Position numbers and translations under genes: made by a program. DNA of 64,000 bases from Vicinamibacterales bacterium. GTDB lineage: Bacteria > Acidobacteriota > Vicinamibacteria > Vicinamibacterales > UBA8438. The stretch spans positions 3,382,215-3,446,214 of the forward strand of contig CBDBMV010000002.1 of the NCBI GenBank assembly GCA_965207665.1. The letters run 5' to 3'. Shown here piece by piece: positions 36,714 through 44,822 of the stretch. Position 1 is the stretch's first letter, and each line of letters opens with the position of its first letter. The notes under the pieces are model-generated. The model was not told where the DNA came from. It did no database searches and saw only the letters and a program-made list of their open reading frames with translations.

Positions 36714-36947
36714 TCACCGCCCGGTCTCTCCCGCCGCGAGAACGCCACAGTGTCCCGAGCACTCCCCGTTGTCGCTTCGGTGCGCTTCGACCCACTGGTC
36801 GACGACCTCCTGCGGCCAGCGGGGGCTGCCGTTGAGGAGTCGAATCGGTGCTTGCGGGAACACGCCGCCGTCGAGCATCCTGTAGACGCTCGACCGGGAA
36901 ACCCCGAGCTGGGCCGCCACCGCCCGAACCGTCAAGAGCTGCGTCAT
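36714..36947 (-). CDS. AlpA/excisionase-family (MerR-like HTH_17) DNA-binding protein
   Basis: GGAGGGG lies 8 nt before the ATG. LLTVRAVAAQLGVSRSSVYRMLDGGVFPQAPIRLLNGSPRWPQEVVDQWV. Confidence 0.7.
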   Translation of the reverse strand: MTQLLTVRAVAAQLGVSRSSVYRMLDGGVFPQAPIRLLNGSPRWPQEVVDQWVEAHRSDNGECSGHCGVLAAGETGR

Positions 36948-37093
36948 CGTTGGACCCCTCCGTCGTCACGACGCGCCGGAATCCGGACCGACGGTCTGCC
37001 GAATTCAGGCACGCACCGCCGTTGTAGCAGGTTCCCCATACGAGCGTCCCGCTCTGTGGCACAAGCGGTAGTCACCATCCGCGCGCTGCATGA

Positions 37094-37574
37094 ATGGACG
37101 CCCATCGGCCGGAGACGGCCGGCTCCCACACGACGAAGTCGCACCGCGCGCACGACGTGACGCAGCCGTCGCGCACGTCCGGAACGAACGCGTTCGGCGG
37201 CGGCAGCGCCATCGGGGCCGCCTACCAGTTGCTAGCCGGCGTCAACTACCGGGTCCGCGACCCGAAAACGCGGAACGTGAAGCTCCGCTGCACCGACTTC
37301 GGCGAGTTCGAGAACCAGACGATGCCCTGGGATCAACTCCGCAGCCATGAGTCCGGCGTCGGCCGCGGTGACACGTATCGCCACCTGGTGCTCGAGTCGC
37401 TCGGCGCGCAGATTGCCGACGCTGATAAGGAACTGAGGAAGCTGATGGCCAACGACGAACTCATGCAGCGCTATGCAGTAGAGCCACCCTCCAAGATTGA
37501 GCTATCGCGACGGCCAGTGTTACGCACTGCTGTCGCCGAACCCATGATCGCTCCAGTGGAGTGGGGGCGACGTC
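37094..37574 (+). pseudogene. ORF carrying a 51-aa module shared with 44223..44822; probably truncated or disrupted
   Basis: YQLLAGVNYRVRDPKTRNVKLRCTDFGEFENQTMPWDQLRSHESGVGRGDT versus YQFLTGVDYRIRDPTIEGAKLREADFGEFESQPMPWDQFCSHESSAGRGDT (34/51 identical). Flanks are unrelated and the frame runs into the IS21 fragment. Confidence 0.3.
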
Positions 37575-37980
37575 ATGGTAGAGCTCGGCTTGGAGGCACG
37601 GATGACGACTCAGGAGTTGGCGCGCCGCGGCGTGAGCGGCCGTCAGATTGCCCGTACAATCGAGGTCACGGAGGGCACGGTTCGGTACCATCCGCGCCGC
37701 CACGCGACGTGGGCCACCGACGGTCGCTCACCGCAGGCGTTCCCTGCGAGTCGCTGGCACGACCAGATTGCCGACTGGCTGGCAGCGTGCGCAGCCGTCG
37801 GGGAGGCGGTCAACCTGGTCGCGTTGCACGCGTGGTTGGTGCAGGAGTCCGGTTATCCCGGCACCCTTCGGTCGCTGCAGCCCTACATGCACGCACGGTT
37901 CCCGAAGCCCCGGCTGCGGGCGCGTCGACGGGTTGAGACCCCACCAGACGAGGAAGCGCACGCCGACTGGGCGCACCTGA
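37575..37980 (+). pseudogene. IS21-family transposase (IstA) N-terminal fragment
   Basis: HTH LARRGVSGRQIARTIEVTEGTVRYH, then GYPGTLRSLQPYMHARFPKPRLRARRRVETPPDEEAHADW, which matches the IstA region ending just before the DDE core. No DDE domain or istB follows. Confidence 0.6.
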
Positions 37981-38291
37981 GGGCGTGCTGGTCGGTCGGT
38001 CGAGACGCGTCAGTTGAACCGCGAACTGTCCGCCGGCGCCTCGCCCCATTTGGCCACGGCCCGCCACGAGCGCGGAACCGGCCGACTGCGTCGTGATGTT
38101 GTAAGCTCAACTGATCGAGCCTCGATTCACGACAACTGGTGCACTACTCAGCCGGGCCGACCGCGGAACGCGGTGCGGACGCTCGCTAACCGTAGGATGA
38201 AAACGGTGATCGAAAATACAGAGTTTCGATGCGTACAAGTCACACGCCCTGATCTGTTTTGGTACAGTAACGGACGGAGGTATGTTCCAAG

Positions 38292-38657
38292 ATGGATTTG
38301 TTGTTTACCATCGCTTGGGTCGCCTGGGCACTCCTTGCTTTGGCCGCGGAGTTCCGGTGGCCGTCTGCACTAATGCCGACGATATTTGCATTCGTCATTA
38401 TCGAAGCTGCTGCGGTCTGGCGAAGCACCGCAGGTGACACGCTGTCCGAGATGATTTGGATGTTTCTGGACGGTGGTTGGTCGCGTGCATTTTTCGTTCT
38501 TGGCGGCGTTGCGTGGGTCGGACTTAAGTTGCTGTACCACGGCAGCACGGGTCCACGCATATTGGGTGCGCCCGTGGACCGCATATGTCTCATCGGCGGG
38601 TTCGTGATATGGGCAGTAATTCACTTGCTATTCTTCGGAGAATACGGATTCATGTGA
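38292..38657 (+). CDS. Small 4-TM membrane protein
   Basis: 121 aa, four hydrophobic spans (LLFTIAWVAWALLALAA; IFAFVIIEAAAVW; AFFVLGGVAWVGLKLLY; LIGGFVIWAVIHLLFF). Low-GC codon usage unlike the rest of the window. Confidence 0.55.
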   Translation: MDLLFTIAWVAWALLALAAEFRWPSALMPTIFAFVIIEAAAVWRSTAGDTLSEMIWMFLDGGWSRAFFVLGGVAWVGLKLLYHGSTGPRILGAPVDRICLIGGFVIWAVIHLLFFGEYGFM

Positions 38658-38942
38658 CCCACTTGCAGACCTGTCAGTCTTGGCCGACGTCATCCGCAGC
38701 CAGCGGTGCCTGGAGGAGCTTCACGAGCCCGACTCGGAGCCATGACCCGAAGGTCATCCTGGAAAAGGCCAACTGCTTGCCCCGACCAAAAAGTCATGCT
38801 AAATCTCGCCTGCGGCAGCCGTGCGCGGCTAGAGTAGTAAGGCTTCCTGGGCAGTACCCACTAGTCCATTAGTACCCAACCCGGTGCGACGAACTCATTC
38901 GGTGTCGATCGTCCTTGGGTAGCGTTTTATAGGGTCCCCAAA

Positions 38943-40298
38943 GTGACCAGTCCGCGATTTCCGACAGCTTGTCCGCGCGACAGGGACGCGTCGCGGATTG
39001 AAGCTCAACGGCTTAGGTTCGACGACATCTCGGCACCGCGGCTAACTCACTATCTCTTTCGGTTTCCGGCGAAGTTCCACCCGCCCGTCGCGCACAAGCT
39101 CCTCCGTAAATACAGCGATAGTAGCGACACGGTGCTAGACCCCTTCTGCGGAAGCGGGACGTTGCTCGTATCAGCAGCCGTAGAAGGGCGATCGGCGATC
39201 GGTAGCGACCTCGATCCCGTGGCCGTGTTTGCGAGCACGGTCAAGACGATGCGCCTCCAACCACGGGATCTGCGCCGTTCGTGGGCGAGGCTTCGATCGG
39301 CGATGGAGTCACGGGCGAGGCCTGACACGGAATACGAGGATCGCCAGTTTCACGATCTGTCGGTCGAGGATTTCCGGGAGGAGGCGGCTCGTGGGAACCT
39401 ATGGATTCCCCAGGTTCCGCACTTGCCGCACTGGTTTCGGAGATACGTCGTGATCGACCTGTCGCGTATTCGATCACTAATCGCAGACTCGCAGATTCCG
39501 GGACATCACAAGCCGTTCTTCTTGCTGATCTTCGCGTCGATCATCCGGGCGGTTTCGAACGCCGATCCGGTGCCGGTATCGGGACTCGAAGTGACGACAC
39601 ACATGAAGAAGAAGGAGGAGCTGGGCAGGACGATCAATCCATTCGCGTGTTTCGCGCGGGCCATGGAGCGTGGTTTGGACGCCATGGAGGCGTTTTGGGA
39701 GCGGACGTCGGCGGATTCTGATGTATCGGTGTTGCAGGCTGACGCGACGGCGCTCGCGGGAACCCTTGGCCGCAAGGTAGACACGGTGATCACTTCGCCG
39801 CCGTATCACAACGCAGTCGACTACTACCGTAGGCATCAGCTCGAAATGTATTGGCTTGGCTTGACCCGGGACCGTGCGGAGCGCCTCGCGTTGCTCCCCA
39901 AGTACATCGGTCGAGGTACGGTTCGCGTCCGGGATCCCAGGCTCGGTCGCCTTGATGAGTTGGGGCCGACAGCATCCGAGTGGCATCGGCGCATCGCCGC
40001 ATCATCACCCAAACGGGCCAATGCGTTCCTGCACTATATCGTCTCGATGAACGACACGTTCCACCAGCTCGGCCACGCCGTGCGCGCCGATGGTAAGGTC
40101 GTGCTGGTGATCGGGCATAGCCAGTGGAACGGGTACGAGATTCCAACCACGCATCTTTTTTCAGAGCTGGCGCATCGGTGTTTCTCATTGGTTGAGCTCT
40201 TGTGGTATCCACTGAAGAATCGGTATATGTCATACGGTCGGCGGAACGGGGCGGACATCAGGGAGGAGTTCGTCCTTGTGTTCAAGAGAAACAGATGA
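38943..40298 (+). CDS. DNA amino-methyltransferase (N6A/N4C type; motif I before motif IV)
   Basis: HYLFRFPAKFHPPVAHKLL..VLDPFCGSGTLLVSAAVEGRSAIGSDLDP, and about 215 aa later VDTVITSPPYHNAVDYY. GTG start. The TGA overlaps the next ATG. Confidence 0.75.
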   Translation: MTSPRFPTACPRDRDASRIEAQRLRFDDISAPRLTHYLFRFPAKFHPPVAHKLLRKYSDSSDTVLDPFCGSGTLLVSAAVEGRSAIGSDLDPVAVFASTVKTMRLQPRDLRRSWARLRSAMESRARPDTEYEDRQFHDLSVEDFREEAARGNLWIPQVPHLPHWFRRYVVIDLSRIRSLIADSQIPGHHKPFFLLIFASIIRAVSNADPVPVSGLEVTTHMKKKEELGRTINPFACFARAMERGLDAMEAFWERTSADSDVSVLQADATALAGTLGRKVDTVITSPPYHNAVDYYRRHQLEMYWLGLTRDRAERLALLPKYIGRGTVRVRDPRLGRLDELGPTASEWHRRIAASSPKRANAFLHYIVSMNDTFHQLGHAVRADGKVVLVIGHSQWNGYEIPTTHLFSELAHRCFSLVELLWYPLKNRYMSYGRRNGADIREEFVLVFKRNR

Positions 40299-42817
40299 AA
40301 GAAACCGATCTGACACTCGCGGGGGCTCTCGAACGCATCGGGCAGAGCGCGGGGGATCGCTTACCCGTCGTGCTCTCGCCGGAGGTCATCGGGCTGCTCT
40401 CTGAACAGTTGTACCGTTCGCCCTCCAAGGCTGTCGAAGAGTTGGTAGTCAACGGCTACGATGCCGGGGCGTCGGAAGCAAGGGTGAGTATCCCAAACCC
40501 GCCCGACCTGCAGTCAGTAGTCTTGGTCTATGACAACGGTTGGGGCATGAACTATCAAGGCCTTGCAGACCTCTGGACCGTGGGAAGATCCAAGGTACGA
40601 GCCGACCGCGAGGGCAGGCGGCAAATCGGCAAGTTCGGCATCGGTAAGCTCGCCTCCTATTCCGTCGCCAACCGCGTAACTTACGTGACAAAGTCGTCTG
40701 GTCGACATTTCGCGGTGACGATTGACTTCCGTGATTTCCAGCCCCGGCGTACGGCCCAACCGACGTCTGTGTGGCTCGACGTCCGTAACGTTGACGAGTT
40801 GAGGGACCTCTGGGACCAAGAGGTGTTCCGGCAGGCGATAGCATCGATCGAACTGGACTACGAGGATCTCAGGTCCGAAGAGTCTTGGACGGTCGTCATC
40901 CTAGAGGATCTGAAGCAGAAGGTGCTGTCACTGCATCATGGGCGCCTTCGGTGGGTTCTTAGCACCGCAATGCCGTTGGGAATCTCATTCAAGGCCTATC
41001 TAAACCGAGACGAAGTGCCGAGTTCGAAAGCTGCATACGCGGGCATCGTTGAGTTCAAGGTTGTCGACTTGCCGCAAGCAAGGGTTGACGCGCTTCGGTC
41101 GAAGACCGGAGACTCTTGGGCCGTCGACGGCGACAGACTTACGTCCCCGTCGTTCCCTAGCGGAATCTACGGCAACGTCAAGGTGACGAAGGAGAGTTTG
41201 CTCGGCAAGAGCGCGGAGATTTTGCGTAGTGAAGGCTTCTTCGTCTACGTGCGCGAACGGCTGGTCAACGAGGAGGACGCGCGATTTGGCCTTCACGAAT
41301 TGTCCCACGCGACACTGAATCGGTTCCGCGCGGAGATCCATGCGGACGATCTGGATGCTGCGCTGACGGCAAATCGAGAATCGATGGAGGACACGGCCCT
41401 CTATCGGGGGGCCCAAGCCGTGCTGAACGAGGTGTTCAACGAAGCGCGGCAACGTTACCAGGACTGGCTACGGGCCGAGTCGGAAAAGGACCAGAACGCT
41501 CGCGAAGACAAGAGAAACTGGGTGCCAGATCGCCTCGTTGAGTACCCTGTCGCTGATGCGCTTTTCGTGTTCGCACGTGACCGTCATGGCGCAGACGCCG
41601 ACGATACGTGGATGTATCTCGATGTCGATGCCGGTATCGACGTCCGCGAGTTGGCGGGTACGCTCTACCGAGGGAGCAAGCATCAGCGACCGTACAAGTA
41701 CAAGTACGTTTCCCGCGGCGCCGCAGAGCGGCTCGTGCGATTCGCGCCTTCTGAGGCAACGTTCATTGTGAACCTAGATCACGACTTGGTGGTCGCGTAT
41801 TCAGACGAACCCGCGGCGCAGCGCCTGCTCGAAGACGTCATGACGGGAGAGGCCATGCTAGAGGTCTACCTGCGGGAAGCAGGTGTCTCGGCCGGCACCA
41901 TCGGCGATGTGCTCGAACGGCGTGATCTGTTGCTCAGAAGCCTTGCCAACGCGAAGATGTTCTCGCTCGATGGACTTAGTGACTTCGTTAGGGGCAGCGC
42001 AAGTCGGAGTAGCGATCTGGAGGTGGCCATTGTGGCCGGCGCAAGGGCGCTTGGCTTCGTCGCCAAGCACCTTGGGGGGTCGGGTGAACCCGATGGCTTG
42101 GCGAGGTTTGTGGACTTTCCGGACGGTGAACAGACAATCACACTTGAGGCTAAATCGTCCAACGACAAGCCAAGCGCAAAGGACATAGACTTCGCGGCGC
42201 TAAGGACGCATGCAAAGAAATACAACGCGATTGGTTGCCTACTCGTCGCTCCTCAATATCCGGGAGGGGAGAGTGGAAATGTTGCAACGGCGGCGGACGG
42301 CACACAGACTTCATGCTGGACAGTCGGTCAGTACGCGGACGTAATTCAGAAGGCCGAGGCACGGCACATCTCGGCGCGGGATGTCCTGAAGGTAGTCACG
42401 ACCTGCTTCACTCCGGCCGAAGTATCGAATGCAGTGGGCGCGTTGTTGAGCAAGCCGAGTTGGGAGAAGCGTGCGCTGTATTTGGAGGTAGTGAGGGTGC
42501 TCAGGGAAGTGCACGATTTGCTGACCGACAGCGCGCGCAACACGATGATGGTTGCCAGTCATGTCGTTTTGCGCGCAGGCTTCGAGGGCGTTCAGGAGCA
42601 AGACGTCTCGGATGCAGTCCGCGACATCGCGGCCGTGAGCCGTGGCGGCCTGACGTTGCGTGACGGGAACATAGTATTGAACGTCGACTACGACGAGTTG
42701 GAACGTCGCGTTCAAACGCTTACCGGCGAACCGGCATCTTCTCGGCGCCAAAACACCTTCGCCGAGCGTCTCACCGCGGACTCCATTGAAAAGTCTCCGA
42801 AGGACGCGCCTACCTAG
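40295..42817 (+). CDS. GHKL (MORC/HATPase_c_3-like) ATPase fused to an Mrr-like PD-(D/E)xK nuclease domain
   Basis: ATG 40295 (M32 of ORF 40202..42817). Bergerat boxes EELVVNGYDAGA, VYDNGWGM, GKFGIGKLAS. C-terminal LEVAIVAGARALGF..GEPDGLARF..ITLEAKSS..LLVAPQY. Confidence 0.7.
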   Translation: MKETDLTLAGALERIGQSAGDRLPVVLSPEVIGLLSEQLYRSPSKAVEELVVNGYDAGASEARVSIPNPPDLQSVVLVYDNGWGMNYQGLADLWTVGRSKVRADREGRRQIGKFGIGKLASYSVANRVTYVTKSSGRHFAVTIDFRDFQPRRTAQPTSVWLDVRNVDELRDLWDQEVFRQAIASIELDYEDLRSEESWTVVILEDLKQKVLSLHHGRLRWVLSTAMPLGISFKAYLNRDEVPSSKAAYAGIVEFKVVDLPQARVDALRSKTGDSWAVDGDRLTSPSFPSGIYGNVKVTKESLLGKSAEILRSEGFFVYVRERLVNEEDARFGLHELSHATLNRFRAEIHADDLDAALTANRESMEDTALYRGAQAVLNEVFNEARQRYQDWLRAESEKDQNAREDKRNWVPDRLVEYPVADALFVFARDRHGADADDTWMYLDVDAGIDVRELAGTLYRGSKHQRPYKYKYVSRGAAERLVRFAPSEATFIVNLDHDLVVAYSDEPAAQRLLEDVMTGEAMLEVYLREAGVSAGTIGDVLERRDLLLRSLANAKMFSLDGLSDFVRGSASRSSDLEVAIVAGARALGFVAKHLGGSGEPDGLARFVDFPDGEQTITLEAKSSNDKPSAKDIDFAALRTHAKKYNAIGCLLVAPQYPGGESGNVATAADGTQTSCWTVGQYADVIQKAEARHISARDVLKVVTTCFTPAEVSNAVGALLSKPSWEKRALYLEVVRVLREVHDLLTDSARNTMMVASHVVLRAGFEGVQEQDVSDAVRDIAAVSRGGLTLRDGNIVLNVDYDELERRVQTLTGEPASSRRQNTFAERLTADSIEKSPKDAPT

Positions 42818-43008
42818 CCGCTTCCGAACAGTAGTCACTGCCGCGTGCGCGTTGTGGAGCGACAAACGTTATTGGAATAGAACGTCCGCGGGCGGCATCA
42901 GCTACCGGGACTCGCCGATGCGGTTGGCTCATGTGCAATGCAGACTTGCATCAAGCGACGCCGAGCGGAATCTCGCTATTGAGCTGATCTGCGTATGCCG
43001 GTCGGGAA

Positions 43009-43821
43009 TTAATCCCTACTCCGGCTAATCCGAAAGGTTGCAACGAATGGCAGGTGGTCGGAGACTTTTCTCCGGAAAGCTTCGAGTCCCATGTCCATGG
43101 CCCAGTGCATCGGATACAGTCGCAGGCTGCCCGGAACATACTCGGTGCTATAAGTGCGGCTGATGGCAAAGCCGTCCAAGAGGTTGGCGCGGCCGTCCTT
43201 GGCAATGTGCGAGAAGCCCGCTTGAAGATCCCATGACGATAGGAAGTTCATGAGATCGTTACCTCCCAGGTGATGGAAGTTGCTGACATCCTGGCCCGGA
43301 ATCATGTTGAAGTCACCAACAAGCAGAATGTCCTCGCGGCGGTGCTCCTCGGATTCGCGCAAGTCACTGATGTATTTGCCAATCACCTCGCACTGCCTGT
43401 CGCGAGTCTTCTGGTGCTCGTCCTCACGGCCCGATTTTAGGTGCACCACGATCAGCTTGAAGTCGAAACGGCCGACCGTCATGTCGACTGCGAATGCCTT
43501 GCGCTTCGAGCGGTCCCTGAGATCAGAACCCTGGAGGAGGTGGGCATTCTTGGCTTCGATCCCTTCCTTGAACAGCACGCCGATTTTCAACTCGCTGGTT
43601 TGTCGAAGGAGGATGCTCTTGTATTGGACTCCTGTCTTTGCCAAGCCTTGCTTCAACAGGGAAAGCGTCCTTGGCGGGTTAATCTCCACGAGCGCCACGA
43701 CCTCCGCATCAAGCAGCGCGAGTCCCTCGATTTGACGCCCGAGTTTCTCTTCGGAAATACCTCCGTAGCCGGCAAGGTTCCAAGCGGCGATCTTCGCGGT
43801 AGATTGTCCAAATGCGATCAT
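43009..43821 (-). CDS. Endonuclease/exonuclease/phosphatase (EEP, DNase I-like) family protein
   Basis: ATG 43821 within ORF 43009..43959. IAAWNLAGYG, VVALVEINP, LIVVHLKSG, ILLVGDFNM, SDHLPFVATF. Confidence 0.75.
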   Translation of the reverse strand: MIAFGQSTAKIAAWNLAGYGGISEEKLGRQIEGLALLDAEVVALVEINPPRTLSLLKQGLAKTGVQYKSILLRQTSELKIGVLFKEGIEAKNAHLLQGSDLRDRSKRKAFAVDMTVGRFDFKLIVVHLKSGREDEHQKTRDRQCEVIGKYISDLRESEEHRREDILLVGDFNMIPGQDVSNFHHLGGNDLMNFLSSWDLQAGFSHIAKDGRANLLDGFAISRTYSTEYVPGSLRLYPMHWAMDMGLEAFRRKVSDHLPFVATFRISRSRD

Positions 43822-44222
43822 GATTCTGCCCCTCCCGCCTAAGTGCAACCCGCAGGACCCGCTTGTTCTGTGCTCTAGCCCACGCCGGCGGCGGAAGCAC
43901 ACAGTGTGCCTCGACTCTCTCTTCGCCGAGACGGACCTACACGAGCAGCATACGCTCAATCGCCAGGAGATGGAAGTTACCTCGACCGCCGACTATTGGG
44001 TGTCCGCTCGCGTGCGAACGCGACGTTGACGGCGTCCGAGAACCAAGGACCCACCGGCCGGATCGTCGTCGAGCCGAGCGACGGATACGCGTACTGCCTC
44101 CAACGGCGGAGAGCGACGGGGGCAGGCCGCAGCGGCGCGGAGTTCGGGATGATGCTCTTCCCGATGGAGGTTGGCGTCGAGACGTACGAAGAACTCGCTT
44201 GGCGAGCGAAGACGGGAGACCA

Positions 44223-44822
44223 GTGCGCCGCGACGCTTTGAACCAAGCAGTGGGCGCTTTTTGCGACACACCCACCGCACGGAGTCGTTCGATCCTGGAC
44301 GTGACCCTCGACAAGCAGGAGCAGAAGATCGAGCTGGCAGTCGGCGGCATCGACGACTTGCAGTCGCACGGCGTCTTCGTGAACGTGTACTACGACCTGG
44401 GTCCGGCGTCTGCGCCCCGGACCCCGCACGTCGGCGCGGGAGTCGGCGTGGAACTAGCATCGCTCGACTACGGTACCGTCTGGATGCGCAACGACGACCC
44501 GGACCTTATCGCGACATTCGTCGATCCGCTCCTGCGGGCGAAGATCGCGGCCACGACGACGACCGGCCAATCGGAGCTGACCGACGTCGTGACCGGCTAC
44601 CAGTTTCTCACCGGCGTGGACTACCGCATCCGCGACCCGACCATAGAGGGCGCAAAGCTCCGCGAGGCCGACTTCGGCGAGTTCGAGAGCCAGCCGATGC
44701 CCTGGGATCAGTTCTGCAGCCACGAGTCCAGCGCAGGCCGCGGTGACACGGTTGGCTACCAGGGGACGACGTACGACAGCAGGTCCCTGGGCACCAGTCT
44801 CGACTTGAAATATCGTTATTGA
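44223..44822 (+). CDS. Hypothetical protein (full-length copy of the YQxLxGVxYRxRDP...DFGEFE...GRGDT module)
   Basis: GTG 44223 within ORF 43863..44822; the sequence upstream in this frame is Arg-rich shadow. A possible small upstream ORF ends at 44241 (18-nt overlap). No domain recognised. Confidence 0.45.
   Translation: MRRDALNQAVGAFCDTPTARSRSILDVTLDKQEQKIELAVGGIDDLQSHGVFVNVYYDLGPASAPRTPHVGAGVGVELASLDYGTVWMRNDDPDLIATFVDPLLRAKIAATTTTGQSELTDVVTGYQFLTGVDYRIRDPTIEGAKLREADFGEFESQPMPWDQFCSHESSAGRGDTVGYQGTTYDSRSLGTSLDLKYRY

Larger units (their letters stand above)
1..37080. mobile_element. Conjugative element (ICE or plasmid/chromid segment), partial; left end outside window
   Basis: Contiguous conjugation (VirB/VirD4), DNA-processing (TopA-like, RepB-like primase, ArdC-N-like), partition (ParA+RHH), replication (RepA_C family + iterons) and AlpA/Xis-like genes. 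Right limit placed loosely where the mosaic lower-GC region begins. No integrase or att seen. Confidence 0.75.

Noticed and set aside
36950-38300. Integrase or recombinase next to the xis-like gene, and a tRNA gene as integration target (also checked at 44.8-45.45 kb)
   Set aside because: No frame shows tyrosine- or serine-recombinase motifs, and I saw no cloverleaf-like sequence. tRNAscan/Aragorn would be needed to exclude a tRNA or tmRNA fragment rigorously.
42831-42838. Third partial copy (GTAGTCAC) of the 14-mer found at 31734 and 37062
   Set aside because: An 8-mer match is expected by chance many times in 64 kb, and it lies 3' of an operon rather than in a promoter region.
43906-44241. 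111-aa ORF upstream of 44223..44822
   Set aside because: Only the last ~60 codons look coding (..GRIVVEPSDGYAYCLQ..MMLFPMEVGVETYEELAWRAKTG). The start is unclear and no motif is recognisable. It is mentioned under the neighbouring feature instead of being called.
37222-44750. Diversity-generating retroelement (template/variable repeat) explanation for the two 154-bp repeats
   Set aside because: The 30 mismatches involve all base types and are not confined to adenines of one copy. Many are synonymous-type third-position changes. No reverse transcriptase gene is present in the window.
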